Below, piece by piece: positions 28,330 to 39,000 of a DNA stretch of 64,000 nt. The stretch lies in assembly GCA_946409645.1 (NCBI GenBank), contig CAMJXE010000001.1, positions 27,710 through 91,709 of the forward strand. The letters are read 5' to 3'. The position numbers and the translations under genes were made by a program. How positions within the stretch are numbered: position 1 is the stretch's first letter; every line of letters starts with the position of its first letter. The notes under the pieces are model-generated. The model did no database searches. It was not told where the DNA came from and worked only from the letters and a program-made list of their open reading frames with translations. This stretch comes from an uncultured Bacteroidales bacterium (lineage in GTDB: Bacteria; Bacteroidota; Bacteroidia; Bacteroidales; WCHB1-69).

Positions 28330-30411
28330 CTACTGCACCACAACCGCTGCGCCGCCACCGGGGGCTAATTTCAATAGCAGCTTTCCATCGGCGGGGACAA
28401 GCATCGTTTTCTTCTGATAGTCAACGCCTTTGCGATGGGCATTGGGACCATCCACGAACATCGTGACCGTGCCGGAGGTGATGCCCAAGGCCTTGAGATC
28501 GATTTCGATAATACGTTCGTTCCAGTCGGTAATAGCACCGATGTACCAAATATCGCCTTTGCGTTTGGCAGAGACGATAAATTCCCCGACCTTACCGTCT
28601 AGTATGCGGGTTTCGTCCCACACGGTAGGCACCTTGGCGATAAACTCGGTGCATTCGGGCTCCTGCATATAGGCCGTGGGGGCGTCGCAGAGCATCGCGA
28701 ACGGCGCGTCAAAAACCATGTACTCAGCCAGTTGGCGACAGCGCGTACCCTGGCTCATCGGCTCGTTCCAGCTCGGGAAATAGCACCAGTAGGCACCGTT
28801 GCGCATCGCGCCCTGCTTGAAGTCCATCGGACCGGCGAGCATCCGGATAAACGGAATCGTGACCTCATACTTCACCATATCGGTCTTGCTGTCGGCCCAT
28901 TTGCATTGCTCCAAGCCGAACACGCCCTCGTAGTTGAGCACATTCGGGTAGGTGCGACTCAGTCCCGTGGGCTTGTACGCCCCGTGGAAGTCGATGAAGA
29001 GGTGGTATTTGGCAGCCATAGCGGCCATCCGCTCGTAGAAGTTCACCACAATCTGGTCGTCGCGGTCCATGAAATCGACCTTGAAGCCCTTCACGCCCAT
29101 CTCGGAATAGTGCTTGCAGACCTTTTCCATATCCTGATCTATGGCAGCATAACCAGCCCACAGCACGATGCCAACGCCCTTGCTTTCAGCGTATTTCACC
29201 AACATCGGCAAGTCGATTTCGGGTACGACTTGGAAAAGGTCGGCCTGCTTGTTCACGGCCCAGCCTTCGTCCAAAATCACGTACTCGATGCCCTTATCCG
29301 CGGCAAAATCGATGTAGTATTTGTAGGTCTCGTTGTTGATGCCCGCCTTGAAATCCACGCCCCAGATGTTCCAGTTGTTCCACCATTCCCAAGCCACCTT
29401 GCCGGGCTTAATCCACGATATATCAGACACTTTCGATGGTTCCGCGAGGAGATAGACGAGGTCATTGTCCGCCAAATCTTTATCCTCCGTGGTGATGGCG
29501 ATGACGCGCCACGGAAAGTTTCTTGTGCCGGCGGTCTTGGCGATGTAGTTCTCGCGCTCTTTCACCACATACTGCAGGTTGTTGTGCCCGCCCTGCTCCC
29601 ACCTCTTCGGCAGCGGCGCGAAATAGCCGATCATCGAGTTGCCCTCGGTGTGCTTGAGGTACATGCCGGGATAGTCGTGCAGGTCGGCCTCGGTGATGAC
29701 GGCGAGACGTATATGCCAGTTATTCAGGTTGCTTTCCCAACGGGGCATAAAGCGTTGCTTCACCAACATGGGCAAAAAAGCAAGTCGGTCGTTGGCCATG
29801 TCGCGGAGAAACGTATCCACGTAGGTGTTTTCAAAAGAGGTGCAGAATTGTTCGGAAAAGTCACCGTTTTTGGCTGGTTGTCGATTGACATACGGGATAA
29901 AGGCTTCGGGCTCCCGACTTGAACCATTTGAGAACTTCCGTTCATCTCCCGAAAAATTAAACTCTGCAATCTCTTGCTTTATGACAAGGGGGTCTTTCCG
30001 TTTTGTCACAAAGCGATACGCAATGCCGGAGTTATAGGCGCGGAATATCACCTGAAAATCACCCTTAAAGCTGATAATCAACTCATTATATTGGTCTTGG
30101 ATTTTCGCTTTTTTATAAAAATGGGCAGTGACCTCCTGATTGACAGACTTTCGTTCTATTTTCGTTACTTTCGGATTACGTCCGAGAATGGTGCCGTTAT
30201 CCAATTCCATTCCAATTTTGGAAGGCTCAATAAAGACATTTCCTAAACTGTCAATGTATGGATGCGTGCTTTGAACGGAATATTGTAGCTGGTCCGTCGA
30301 ACAATTGACCATCACCATGGTATATCCATCAGGTGAATACAATCTTTCTTTTTGCGCGGAAAGGGTTACGAACAGTCCGCAAAACAGCAGCAGGAATAGG
30401 AGTTTTTTCAT
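28330..30411 (-). CDS. glycoside hydrolase family 97 (alpha-glucosidase/galactosidase type)
   Basis: GIEYVILDEGW .. GFKVDFMDRDDQ .. NYEGV motifs and a signal peptide. Confidence 0.88.
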   Translation of the reverse strand: MKKLLFLLLFCGLFVTLSAQKERLYSPDGYTMVMVNCSTDQLQYSVQSTHPYIDSLGNVFIEPSKIGMELDNGTILGRNPKVTKIERKSVNQEVTAHFYKKAKIQDQYNELIISFKGDFQVIFRAYNSGIAYRFVTKRKDPLVIKQEIAEFNFSGDERKFSNGSSREPEAFIPYVNRQPAKNGDFSEQFCTSFENTYVDTFLRDMANDRLAFLPMLVKQRFMPRWESNLNNWHIRLAVITEADLHDYPGMYLKHTEGNSMIGYFAPLPKRWEQGGHNNLQYVVKERENYIAKTAGTRNFPWRVIAITTEDKDLADNDLVYLLAEPSKVSDISWIKPGKVAWEWWNNWNIWGVDFKAGINNETYKYYIDFAADKGIEYVILDEGWAVNKQADLFQVVPEIDLPMLVKYAESKGVGIVLWAGYAAIDQDMEKVCKHYSEMGVKGFKVDFMDRDDQIVVNFYERMAAMAAKYHLFIDFHGAYKPTGLSRTYPNVLNYEGVFGLEQCKWADSKTDMVKYEVTIPFIRMLAGPMDFKQGAMRNGAYWCYFPSWNEPMSQGTRCRQLAEYMVFDAPFAMLCDAPTAYMQEPECTEFIAKVPTVWDETRILDGKVGEFIVSAKRKGDIWYIGAITDWNERIIEIDLKALGITSGTVTMFVDGPNAHRKGVDYQKKTMLVPADGKLLLKLAPGGGAAVVVQ

Positions 30412-30430
30412 AATGACAGGATTTAAGCGG

Positions 30431-30438
30431 CAAAGATA
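30431..30438 (-). promoter_or_regulatory. -7 box TATCTTTG for the GH97 gene
   Basis: Reverse complement of CAAAGATA; start codon at 30411. Confidence 0.5.
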
Positions 30439-30463
30439 CGGAAATTGCGAATACAGACTGGGG

Positions 30464-30507
30464 TAACTCTACACTAACTCTACACTAACTCTACACTAAC
30501 TCTACAC
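30464..30507. repeat. 11-bp tandem repeat TAACTCTACAC x4
   Basis: Four perfect units. Confidence 0.9.
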
Positions 30508-30510
30508 TGG

Positions 30511-30531
30511 GTTTCAGGTTTCAAGTTTCAG
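30511..30531. repeat. heptamer array GTTTCAR x3
   Basis: gtttcag gtttcaa gtttcag, ending 9 nt from the rfbC stop. Confidence 0.85.
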
Positions 30532-30539
30532 GGGTGTCT

Positions 30540-31100
30540 CTACATACGGGATTCGTATTCAAACGGCGACACGAAATCCTTAAACGCCACTCCCTGCATA
30601 TCCTTCTCCGAAGTAATCGGATTCTCCACCTGCCAGTCGATGTTCAAGTCTTTGTCGTTGAACAAGATGCAGCCTTCGGAGGCTTTGTTGTAGAAGTTGG
30701 AGCACTTGTAGGCGAAGACGGTGTTGTCCTCCAAGGCGGCGAAACCGTGCGCGAAGCCGGCTGGCAAGTAGAATTGGCGGAAGTTCTCAGCAGTGAGCAG
30801 GACGGACTCGTATTTCCCGTATGTGGGACTGCCCTTGCGGATATCGACCGCGAAGTCGAGGCATGCACCGCGCAACACCCGTACGAGCTTGGCCTGTGCA
30901 TACGGCGGCTTCTGGAAGTGCAACCCGCGCACCACTCCCTTCTGCGAGCACGACTGGTTGTCCTGCACGAAATTGTCTAAAACGCCCAACTCTTTGAATC
31001 TTTGTTCGTTATAACTCTCGAAAAAATACCCGCGGTCATCTTTGAAAACCGTCGGTTCGATGATTAACAGTCCTTCAATTTTGGTTTTGATTATTTCCAT
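30540..31100 (-). CDS. rfbC: dTDP-4-dehydrorhamnose 3,5-epimerase
   Basis: FKDDRGYFFESYN .. RGLHFQ .. QAKLVRV .. AGFAHGF. Confidence 0.9.
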   Translation of the reverse strand: MEIIKTKIEGLLIIEPTVFKDDRGYFFESYNEQRFKELGVLDNFVQDNQSCSQKGVVRGLHFQKPPYAQAKLVRVLRGACLDFAVDIRKGSPTYGKYESVLLTAENFRQFYLPAGFAHGFAALEDNTVFAYKCSNFYNKASEGCILFNDKDLNIDWQVENPITSEKDMQGVAFKDFVSPFEYESRM

Positions 31101-31105
31101 TATAT

Positions 31106-31164
31106 GGTTTAAGGTTTAAGGTTTATGGTTTATGGGTTAAAAGGTTAAAGGATTAGAGGGTTAA
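31106..31164. repeat. heptamer array GGTTTAW and variants (~8 units)
   Basis: ggtttaa ggtttaa ggtttat ggtttat gggttaa.. Confidence 0.85.
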
Positions 31165-31183
31165 TGTATTTAGTCGTTTTTTA

Positions 31184-31218
31184 TTCATAATTCAGCATTC
31201 ATCATTCTACATTCTACA
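31184..31218. repeat. heptamer array TTCNNNA x5
   Basis: ttcataa ttcagca ttcatca ttctaca ttctaca, abutting the ClC stop codon. Confidence 0.85.
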
Positions 31219-33006
31219 TTAGTCTTCCGAGTTGTCCGCGATAAACGTCTGATACTCAGATAAGAACTTGGCTTTAGAGACAAATCCAATATATTTGCGG
31301 TCGCGGGTGATGACGGGCATGTTGAAGTTGCCGGTGCGTTTGAACTTCTCCAGCACTTTCGCTGCCGTGTCGTCGTCGTAGATGAACTCTTCGGGCTCAA
31401 TCATCAGGTCCTCGACGTGCACTTTGTCGTAGAGTTCCTGTTTGAAAATAACGTCGCGGTGGTCGTCCATCACCAGGAGACCCGAGAAGAGGTTGTTTTC
31501 GTCGATGACTACAAAGAGGTTGCGCTTGCATTGTGCGATGACATCGGTATAGGTGCGCAGGGTACTGTGAACGGGAATGGTGAGGATATTGGTGTCAATA
31601 GTCTGATGCCAAGGGAGTTTGCGGAGGGCGTATTTGTCTTTGTTGTGAGTGCGCAGGTTGTCTTTTTCGGCTAATGGCTGGGTGTAAACGGAATATTTCT
31701 CGAACGGATTCACGCAGAGGTAGGAGCAGGCGGCGGTAATCATCAGCGGGATCAGAAGCGTATAACCCGTTGAAGATTCGGCGATTAGGAACATAGCCGT
31801 AAGCGGGGCTTGCATCACGCCCGTCATCACGCCGGCCATACCCGCGAGGATGAAGTTCACATACGGCAGCTGGATGTGCAGATAGAGGTTGGCGACGTGT
31901 GCCACCAAAAACCCGGTGAATGCGCCGATGAAGAGCGTCGGGGCGAATACGCCGCCCACACCGCCGGCCGTGGTGGTGAACGTGGTGGCGAAGACCTTCA
32001 TCAGGATGATGCCGATGACCGCCAACACCAATAAGCCTTCATGACCCATCACCTTCAGCAAGGGAGAGTTATTGAACACGGAAATCCACTCTCCGTGCAG
32101 CAGGTCGTTGATGTTGTTATAACCTTCACCGTAGAACGCCGGGAAGAGGTAAATGAGCAGACATAATGCCAACGATCCGATGATCGCCCGCACATATACC
32201 TTCTTGATTTTGCGCATCAGTTTTTCCAGCCAACGCGAAGTGCGCAGGAAATAGACAGAGATGAAGCCGCTGAGCACACCCAAAATAATGTAAAACGGAA
32301 TATTCTGGACCGAGAAACCTTGTGTGCCGCTGATGGTGAACATCACATCCTGCCCGAGAAAAAGCACAGACATCACCGTTCCGGTGGCGGCAGAGAGCAG
32401 CAAGGGAAGTATGGCGCTGCCTGTCAGGTCGAGCATCAGCACCTCAAAAGTGAAGACCAACGCGGCAATAGGCGCTTTGAAGATGGCGGCCATCGCGGCC
32501 GTGGAGCCGCACGCCAACAGCAGAGTGGTCTGGCGTGTGTTAAGGTTGAAAAAACGCGCCACGTTCGAACCTATGGCACTGCCGGTGAGCACAATCGGGG
32601 CCTCCAACCCCACGGAACCGCCGAAACCGACAGTGATGGCGCTCGCCACCATCGACGAATAGACGTTATGGAAACGCAACATGCCGTCGCTTTTGCAGAT
32701 AGACTTCAGGACGATGCTCACCCCGTGGCTGAGGTTGTCGCGCACCACCCGCCGTACAAACAGCAGCGTGAGGAATATACCGATGGGCGGAAAAATCAGA
32801 TAGAGATAGTTGATGTCGGTCACGGCAAACGCCTGGTTGACCAACCGTGTGGTGAAGTGCAGCAAGTTCTTGATGATGATGGCTGCCGCCGCCCCCAACA
32901 TCCCGATAACCACACTGAGAATCAGGACAGTGGTCCTGTCCGTAAAGTGCTTTTTGATGAACCGCCGGCACTTGGCCAATATATATAGAAAAGTCCTATT
33001 TTTCAT
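31219..33006 (-). CDS. ClC-family chloride channel with C-terminal CBS pair
   Basis: GGSVGLEAP and GGVFAPTLFIGA selectivity motifs. The start is moved to MKNRTF, downstream of the promoter box. Confidence 0.88.
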   Translation of the reverse strand: MKNRTFLYILAKCRRFIKKHFTDRTTVLILSVVIGMLGAAAAIIIKNLLHFTTRLVNQAFAVTDINYLYLIFPPIGIFLTLLFVRRVVRDNLSHGVSIVLKSICKSDGMLRFHNVYSSMVASAITVGFGGSVGLEAPIVLTGSAIGSNVARFFNLNTRQTTLLLACGSTAAMAAIFKAPIAALVFTFEVLMLDLTGSAILPLLLSAATGTVMSVLFLGQDVMFTISGTQGFSVQNIPFYIILGVLSGFISVYFLRTSRWLEKLMRKIKKVYVRAIIGSLALCLLIYLFPAFYGEGYNNINDLLHGEWISVFNNSPLLKVMGHEGLLVLAVIGIILMKVFATTFTTTAGGVGGVFAPTLFIGAFTGFLVAHVANLYLHIQLPYVNFILAGMAGVMTGVMQAPLTAMFLIAESSTGYTLLIPLMITAACSYLCVNPFEKYSVYTQPLAEKDNLRTHNKDKYALRKLPWHQTIDTNILTIPVHSTLRTYTDVIAQCKRNLFVVIDENNLFSGLLVMDDHRDVIFKQELYDKVHVEDLMIEPEEFIYDDDTAAKVLEKFKRTGNFNMPVITRDRKYIGFVSKAKFLSEYQTFIADNSED

Positions 33007-33024
33007 AACGCAAACTCGCGGCGG

Positions 33025-33032
33025 CAAAGATA
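33025..33032 (-). promoter_or_regulatory. -7 box TATCTTTG for the ClC gene
   Basis: Reverse complement of CAAAGATA. Confidence 0.5.
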
Positions 33033-33043
33033 CATTTTTTAAT

Positions 33044-33064
33044 GAAGAATGTAAAATGTAGAAT
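33044..33064. repeat. heptamer array GWARAAT x3
   Basis: gaagaat gtaaaat gtagaat. This is the reverse-complement flavour of 31205..31218. Confidence 0.8.
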
Positions 33065-33082
33065 TAAGTATCTTACGGCAAA

Positions 33083-36000
33083 TCACCGTTTCACAAACTT
33101 TTTTGTCACCGCACCCTTATCCGTGTTGATACGCATCAGATAAGTACCGGAAGAGAGCTTCGACACGTGGACCCGTTTCGGATCTTCAATCGCCTCTGAA
33201 CGCAAGACCAATCTGCCATAGATATCGTAAATTTCTATGAACGAGATATTTATATCGCTTTCTGCACGTACATCAAGGTGATGTGTTGCGGGATTGGGGA
33301 ATATTGATATCGCATGTTCAAGCAAATAGTGAGCAACACTCACACTATCAATAATCTGAGTGGTATCCACAATGGAAGTGTCTATTAGTGTGCAGAATGT
33401 GAGCGTAATCCAGTCGCTGAAGTCTTCCTCATCGCAACGGGTGCGAACGTACAATGTATATACGGTGCCGCTGTCAAGCTCCGTAAATGTATGTGACATA
33501 GTGTCTTGTAAAGTCAGGACAAGCGATTCGTCCAACGTATCCCCTTCCGCCAACAACGTTATATCCCATTCGTGATGAAAAGCCAATATATCCGTAATGC
33601 TAAACGACATTTCCGTATAGGAGACAGAGTCAATGGCAATTGCGGCAGGCGGATTGCATCCAAATGGAACTATGCAGATGTTGTCGAACGCTCCTGCCGG
33701 ATTGTTCCCCAAAGAACCGTCATTTCTCCAAAGAATATACAATCGCACAACACTGGTGGTGGCATTAAATGTGTCGCTATAGGTAGTCCATTGGTCTCGT
33801 TGATAAAGTATCGTGTCTATCTGCACAGCGCCATCAGGGATTACAACGTAATTGGATCCCACATTCGGAGTTGCAACAGGTCCAATGAAAACCTTCGCAT
33901 AATCATACACCGTATTATTATAAATTTCACCTATACCCCTGAAATCAAAAGTAATCTGATACGGATTTTGTTCCGGATCTATATGGAAGTCGCGGTATGC
34001 CCAAAGCGTGGAGGGGGAATTGAATGTATAAGCATTCGTCAATCCACCATCATTACTGACATAAAGGGAGTGTCCTTCGCTTTGTGTAGCTGCCGTATCA
34101 ACAACCCATTGGTTCACAGAGCCATAACTAACATATTGCCAACTATTGACTTCCACAGGATCCTCAAAATCACAATAATATGGAATATGGGCCAACTGGT
34201 GCTGCGTTTGGAATTCTCTCATCTGCCAAAGCCCTGATTGTCCGTCGGCATAATTAGCACGCACGCGGACTAAATAGTCCGTAACGGGCTGAAGATTAGT
34301 AATATTGCACATCGTATCATTAACTGTCACAACAGCCATGACGGAATCTGTCAACATCGCATACTCAACGGTATAGGAAGCAGGAGTGAGCGTGTCGGCC
34401 ATATTCCATGTAACAAGGGCGGAGATATCCGTTGGTACGACCTGCATCATCGGCGGTTGCATATCCTCTGTAGATAAGCACACGTTATCGATAGCGGCTG
34501 GTGGATTCGTCCCTCCAGAATTGTCATTACGCCACAGAAAATAGATCCTCTGAAAACCAGTATGCGTGGAATCAAAGGTGTATTGGTAATGTGTCCAACC
34601 ATCCTTCAAACACAATTTGGAAGCCAACTTCAAAGCACCTGAGGGAGTCGAGTTTCCAGACGGTAGAGTCGTCGGGCCGACAAATGCGTCCACATAGTCA
34701 TAATTATACTCACCCATTCCCTTGAAATCGAACGAGAAGTAATAGGTTGAATGTCCTGGGGTGACAAAAATATCCGTATAAGCCCAACAGTTCGCAGTTA
34801 CGGAAGGGTTATAGCTATTGGTCTGGCCATTGTCAGAGGAAACATAAAGAGTCCCGTTAGGCATACATTCGGCATGACGACCGACAAACCATCGCTGACT
34901 CGACACATTGGAACTCATTTGCCAAGAACTCACACTCTCAGGCGTATCAAAATCGCAAACATAGAGAATGTTACCATTGGTATAAAATGATGATTCCTCG
35001 CTCCATTGGCTATATTGTACGTCGCAATTCTGTTTTACTTTCCAATAATAGAAAACATTGCTGAGCAGATTTTGGACAGTCAAGAAAGTGTCGGAAACGG
35101 TCACGTATGTGTACGCCGTGTCGTTTTGCGGACGGTAGGCCACCGTATAGTTCGTACCCTGACCGCCCCTGCGCAAAGTCCAAGAGAGTGTGGCACTACT
35201 GTCCGATGCGGCAGACCACAGTTCAACAGGTTCCCGGCAAGGATTGGCAGCAATCTCGAAATTGTCGAATGCAGCGGGTGGTTGCGTAACCGAGTAAGTG
35301 TTGTTGGTCCACATCACGTAAAGCCTTTGTACGCCACTATGAGCAGCATCGATATAAAAATGATAATGTTGCCATGATTCCTGGTTGTACAAACTTGCGC
35401 CCAGCTGTTCCGAACCCTCTGGCGTGAAGGTTTCAAACGGAGTGGCAGGTGTGCCCAAGAAGACCTTGGCGTAGTGGCTGCTACTACCTTTGCCTTTGAA
35501 ATCGAAGGAAAGATCGTACTCGTCGTTGCCGGGAGGGAAATATATGTCGCGATATGCCCAAATCTGAGACACCGAACCGTTGGAATAGTGATTCGTAGCA
35601 CTGTCATCAGTGACATATAATGCAGAATCGCCAGACAGATGCACTCCATCCCCTATCATCCATTCATTAGGGCCACTGAGGCAAACGAACGACCAAGAGG
35701 TATTCTCGCTTGCATCTTCAAAGCCACATTCGTACGGAAGAGTAGCACACATCGGCTGAAGGGTGGTGAAGCGGGCGCCGTTACTCCATAAACTGTGGTC
35801 AGTGTCGGAGCAGTTTGCCCGAACCATCCAGTAATAGTAGCTGTCGGGCAGCAAGCCTGTAATTTGCAAAAAAGTATCAGCACTTGTAACTTCAATGAAG
35901 GCACTGTCGTTTAATAACTTGTACGCCACGGTATAGCTCATCGGCAGTGCATTGGCATTGCCCGGGTTCCAAGATAACGTGACAGAGGTGTCTGTTGTGG

Positions 36001-39000
36001 AATGCGCGACAAGATTCACCGGTATGGCGCAATCCGAAACCTGAACGGTGATGTTGTCTATTGCAGCACCCGGATTCATACCGTTATACGAGTCGCAACG
36101 CCACTGAAAATAGATTCGCTGCAATCCCGAGTGGCTTGAATCCACCTCGAAACTGTAGTGTGTCCATGACGGCACCATACAGAGGTCGCCACCAAGTTGT
36201 TCCGCTCCTTCGGGAGCGTTAAGTCCGGAAGGTGTTGCCGGAGGACCAAGATAGACCCGTGCAAAATCCGCGTCGGTTTGTCCCAAACCTCTGTAATCGA
36301 ATGAAATCTGGTATTTGTCAACATCTCCTCCCAAGAAAATGTCACGATAGGCCCATAGACGGGCAGTAGCGTAATAATTGTAGTTTCCGTCTCCAAACGC
36401 AGAACCCACATGCAAGGTGACATTGCCGTTGTCCATCGGTGCCGCGCCGATGGTCAAATAATTCCAATCACTGCCATGGTCATACGTCCAATGGTCAATC
36501 TCGTCTCCATCCTCGAAATCACAAAAATAAGGAAGTAGCGGTTGCGTATGGAAAGGGCATTCGGAGCTCCAGTCACCGGGATCATCGCCACATTGGGTGC
36601 GTACTTTCCAAAAATAGGGAATGTCGGGGATAAGGTTGGTAATCAACACTGAAGTGTCCTGCACATTAACCATCGTGTAAACTGTATCGCCTTGGGGTTT
36701 ATAAGCCAACGTATAAGCTTGGCTTCCGACGGGACTCCAAGTAAAACGGGCGGCATTGGGAGCTGTCATGGTGGTGACCAGCATGGTTGGAGGAGGACAA
36801 GTGGAGACACTCACCTTCAAATTATCCACCGCCCCAGCCTTATCCGATGCATCAGCACGTATTCTATCGAAGAACAAGTGCTGAAAGCCCGAAAAAGAGG
36901 AGTCTATGACGATATAGTGATGTTGCCACTGATTGGAAGATGGGACGGAGCCGACAAGCACTGCATTGGAAAGCGAATCCTCCAACGATTGCAGCTTTAT
37001 CTCAGCTTCTATACCCAAATAATCAAAGGAGATGAGATATTCGTCAGCACCAGGTACAAAGTAAACGTCACGATATACGCTTATGGGATCTTCGTTAGAA
37101 TACATCGAATTGCAAGTGTTCGTGACACCGTCGTCATGCGAAACATAGAGCGAATAGGATCCGCCAAAAGCGACTGCATCACCAATAATCCAGCCATCAT
37201 TGTTAAAAGAGACAGAGGCCTGATGCCAACCGCCCCAGTCGGCATCGTTTTCAAAATCGGTAAAATAAGGCGTAATCGCAGCCGTAAAGAACACCACTTC
37301 CTTGCTCCAGGCACTCAGCGTGCCATCTGCTGCCACAGCCCGCACTTTCCAGTGATAACGGGTGGCCGACATCAACGAAGCAGCCTGCCATACAGTGTCG
37401 GTCAACGAAACGATGGTATAAGCGGTATCTGCATCCTCTCGATAAGCCAGCTGATAGGAAGCAGGTGCTTGGCGGTTACCTGAGGTCCAGCTCAGCAAGG
37501 CGGCATTATGGGTGACATTTGAGGAAACCAAATCATACGGCCGTCCGAACGCGACTGCAGTGAACGTTATATCATCAATAGCACAGGAGCCCTTCGCTAA
37601 ATTATAGTTGTCTTTCGTCCACTCGAAAACGAGCCGTTGTACACCAACGTGCGTCCGATTTAACGCAATGCTGACATGATGCCACAAAGTGTCCGTAAAA
37701 CGAATGGATTCTACCAGACTACCGTTAGAAGGAACGGAAAAACCGGGCGATGCGGGAGATACTACATACACTGAAATATCTGTTTGGTTCGTTGTGTCAA
37801 AGGTTTTGAAATCGAACTCCAGCATATATTCGTCGTATGTCGGGTCGAAAAAGAAATCCCGATAGAGATAAGCCTCTGCATAGTTGGGATTGTTGGTCTG
37901 ATAGGTCGCTCCGTTATCTTTGGAAATATAACTGGAATACTGACCGTTATGTTGAACGGCGCTTCCAATGCACCATTTGTGCTGCGAGGCTTCGTAGTAG
38001 TTAGCCCATGCGGCGTTTTCCGACGATTCTTCAAAACCGCAGGTGTATGGCATCGTGGCGAGCGTTTGGAAAGTATTGAAAGTCTGTTCAGTGCTCCACC
38101 CGCTATTTTCCCCATCGGAGCAGTTGGTTCGCACCTTCCACGAATAAGTGGTCAGCGGTTGCAAACCGGTCAAAGTGACGGTTGTGTCTGAAGTCACTAT
38201 TTCCGTGTATGCGGAATCTGATGCGGATTTATAAGCGACCGTGTAGGACTCCGGGCTTCCGAGTTCACACGCCCGCCACGTGAGTTGTGCCGTAGTATCA
38301 GATGGACTATCCGACAGATGCAACGGATGCGCACAACCCGTACCTGTGATGGAAATGTCATCAATGGCAATGGCCGGATAATATCCTGAATTAATGTTGT
38401 GATTCTGCCAGAAAAAGTAGATGCGCCGCACACCGGCAAAGGTGCTGTCCAACGTGTATTCGTAATGTTTCCAAGATGGAGAATAGCCACTGCTCGTGTG
38501 GTGGATTTTATCCCCTATCTGCACCAAACTGTCCATTGGCATACTGTCGGAAGGGGAAATTGGCGTTCCAATATACACTATGGCGTATGCATTGTTCTCA
38601 TCCCCACGCACTTTGGCATCAAAAGAGAATTCATAACCAGCATATTGCGGGTCAAAATAGACATCGCGATAGGTCCAAAGTGCTGATTCGGATGTGTAAA
38701 CATAGCTGTTGTCGGAGCCGTTGGCCTTTGTGGTGACATACAGAGAAGTGTTGGCGCTGTGATACGTGTTGTGGCCTAAGTACCAACGGTTTTTGTTGTT
38801 TCCCGAAATGACCGGCACATTCCACGCCAAGTTTTCGACCGCATCCTCAAAATCGCAATAATAAGGAAGCGGATGCACCCACTGGAGTTCCGTCTTGAAC
38901 GTAGCTACACTGCTCCAATCCGTTGAAACAGAATCGTTATAGAGCGTTTTCACCCGCCAGTAGTAATCGGTATAAATAGACAAACCCGTGAGTGTCACTG

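Noticed and set aside
30464-30531. Possible CRISPR array or other spacer-containing repeat
   Set aside because: The units are 7-11 bp and directly abutting, with no spacers, and there are no cas genes in the window.
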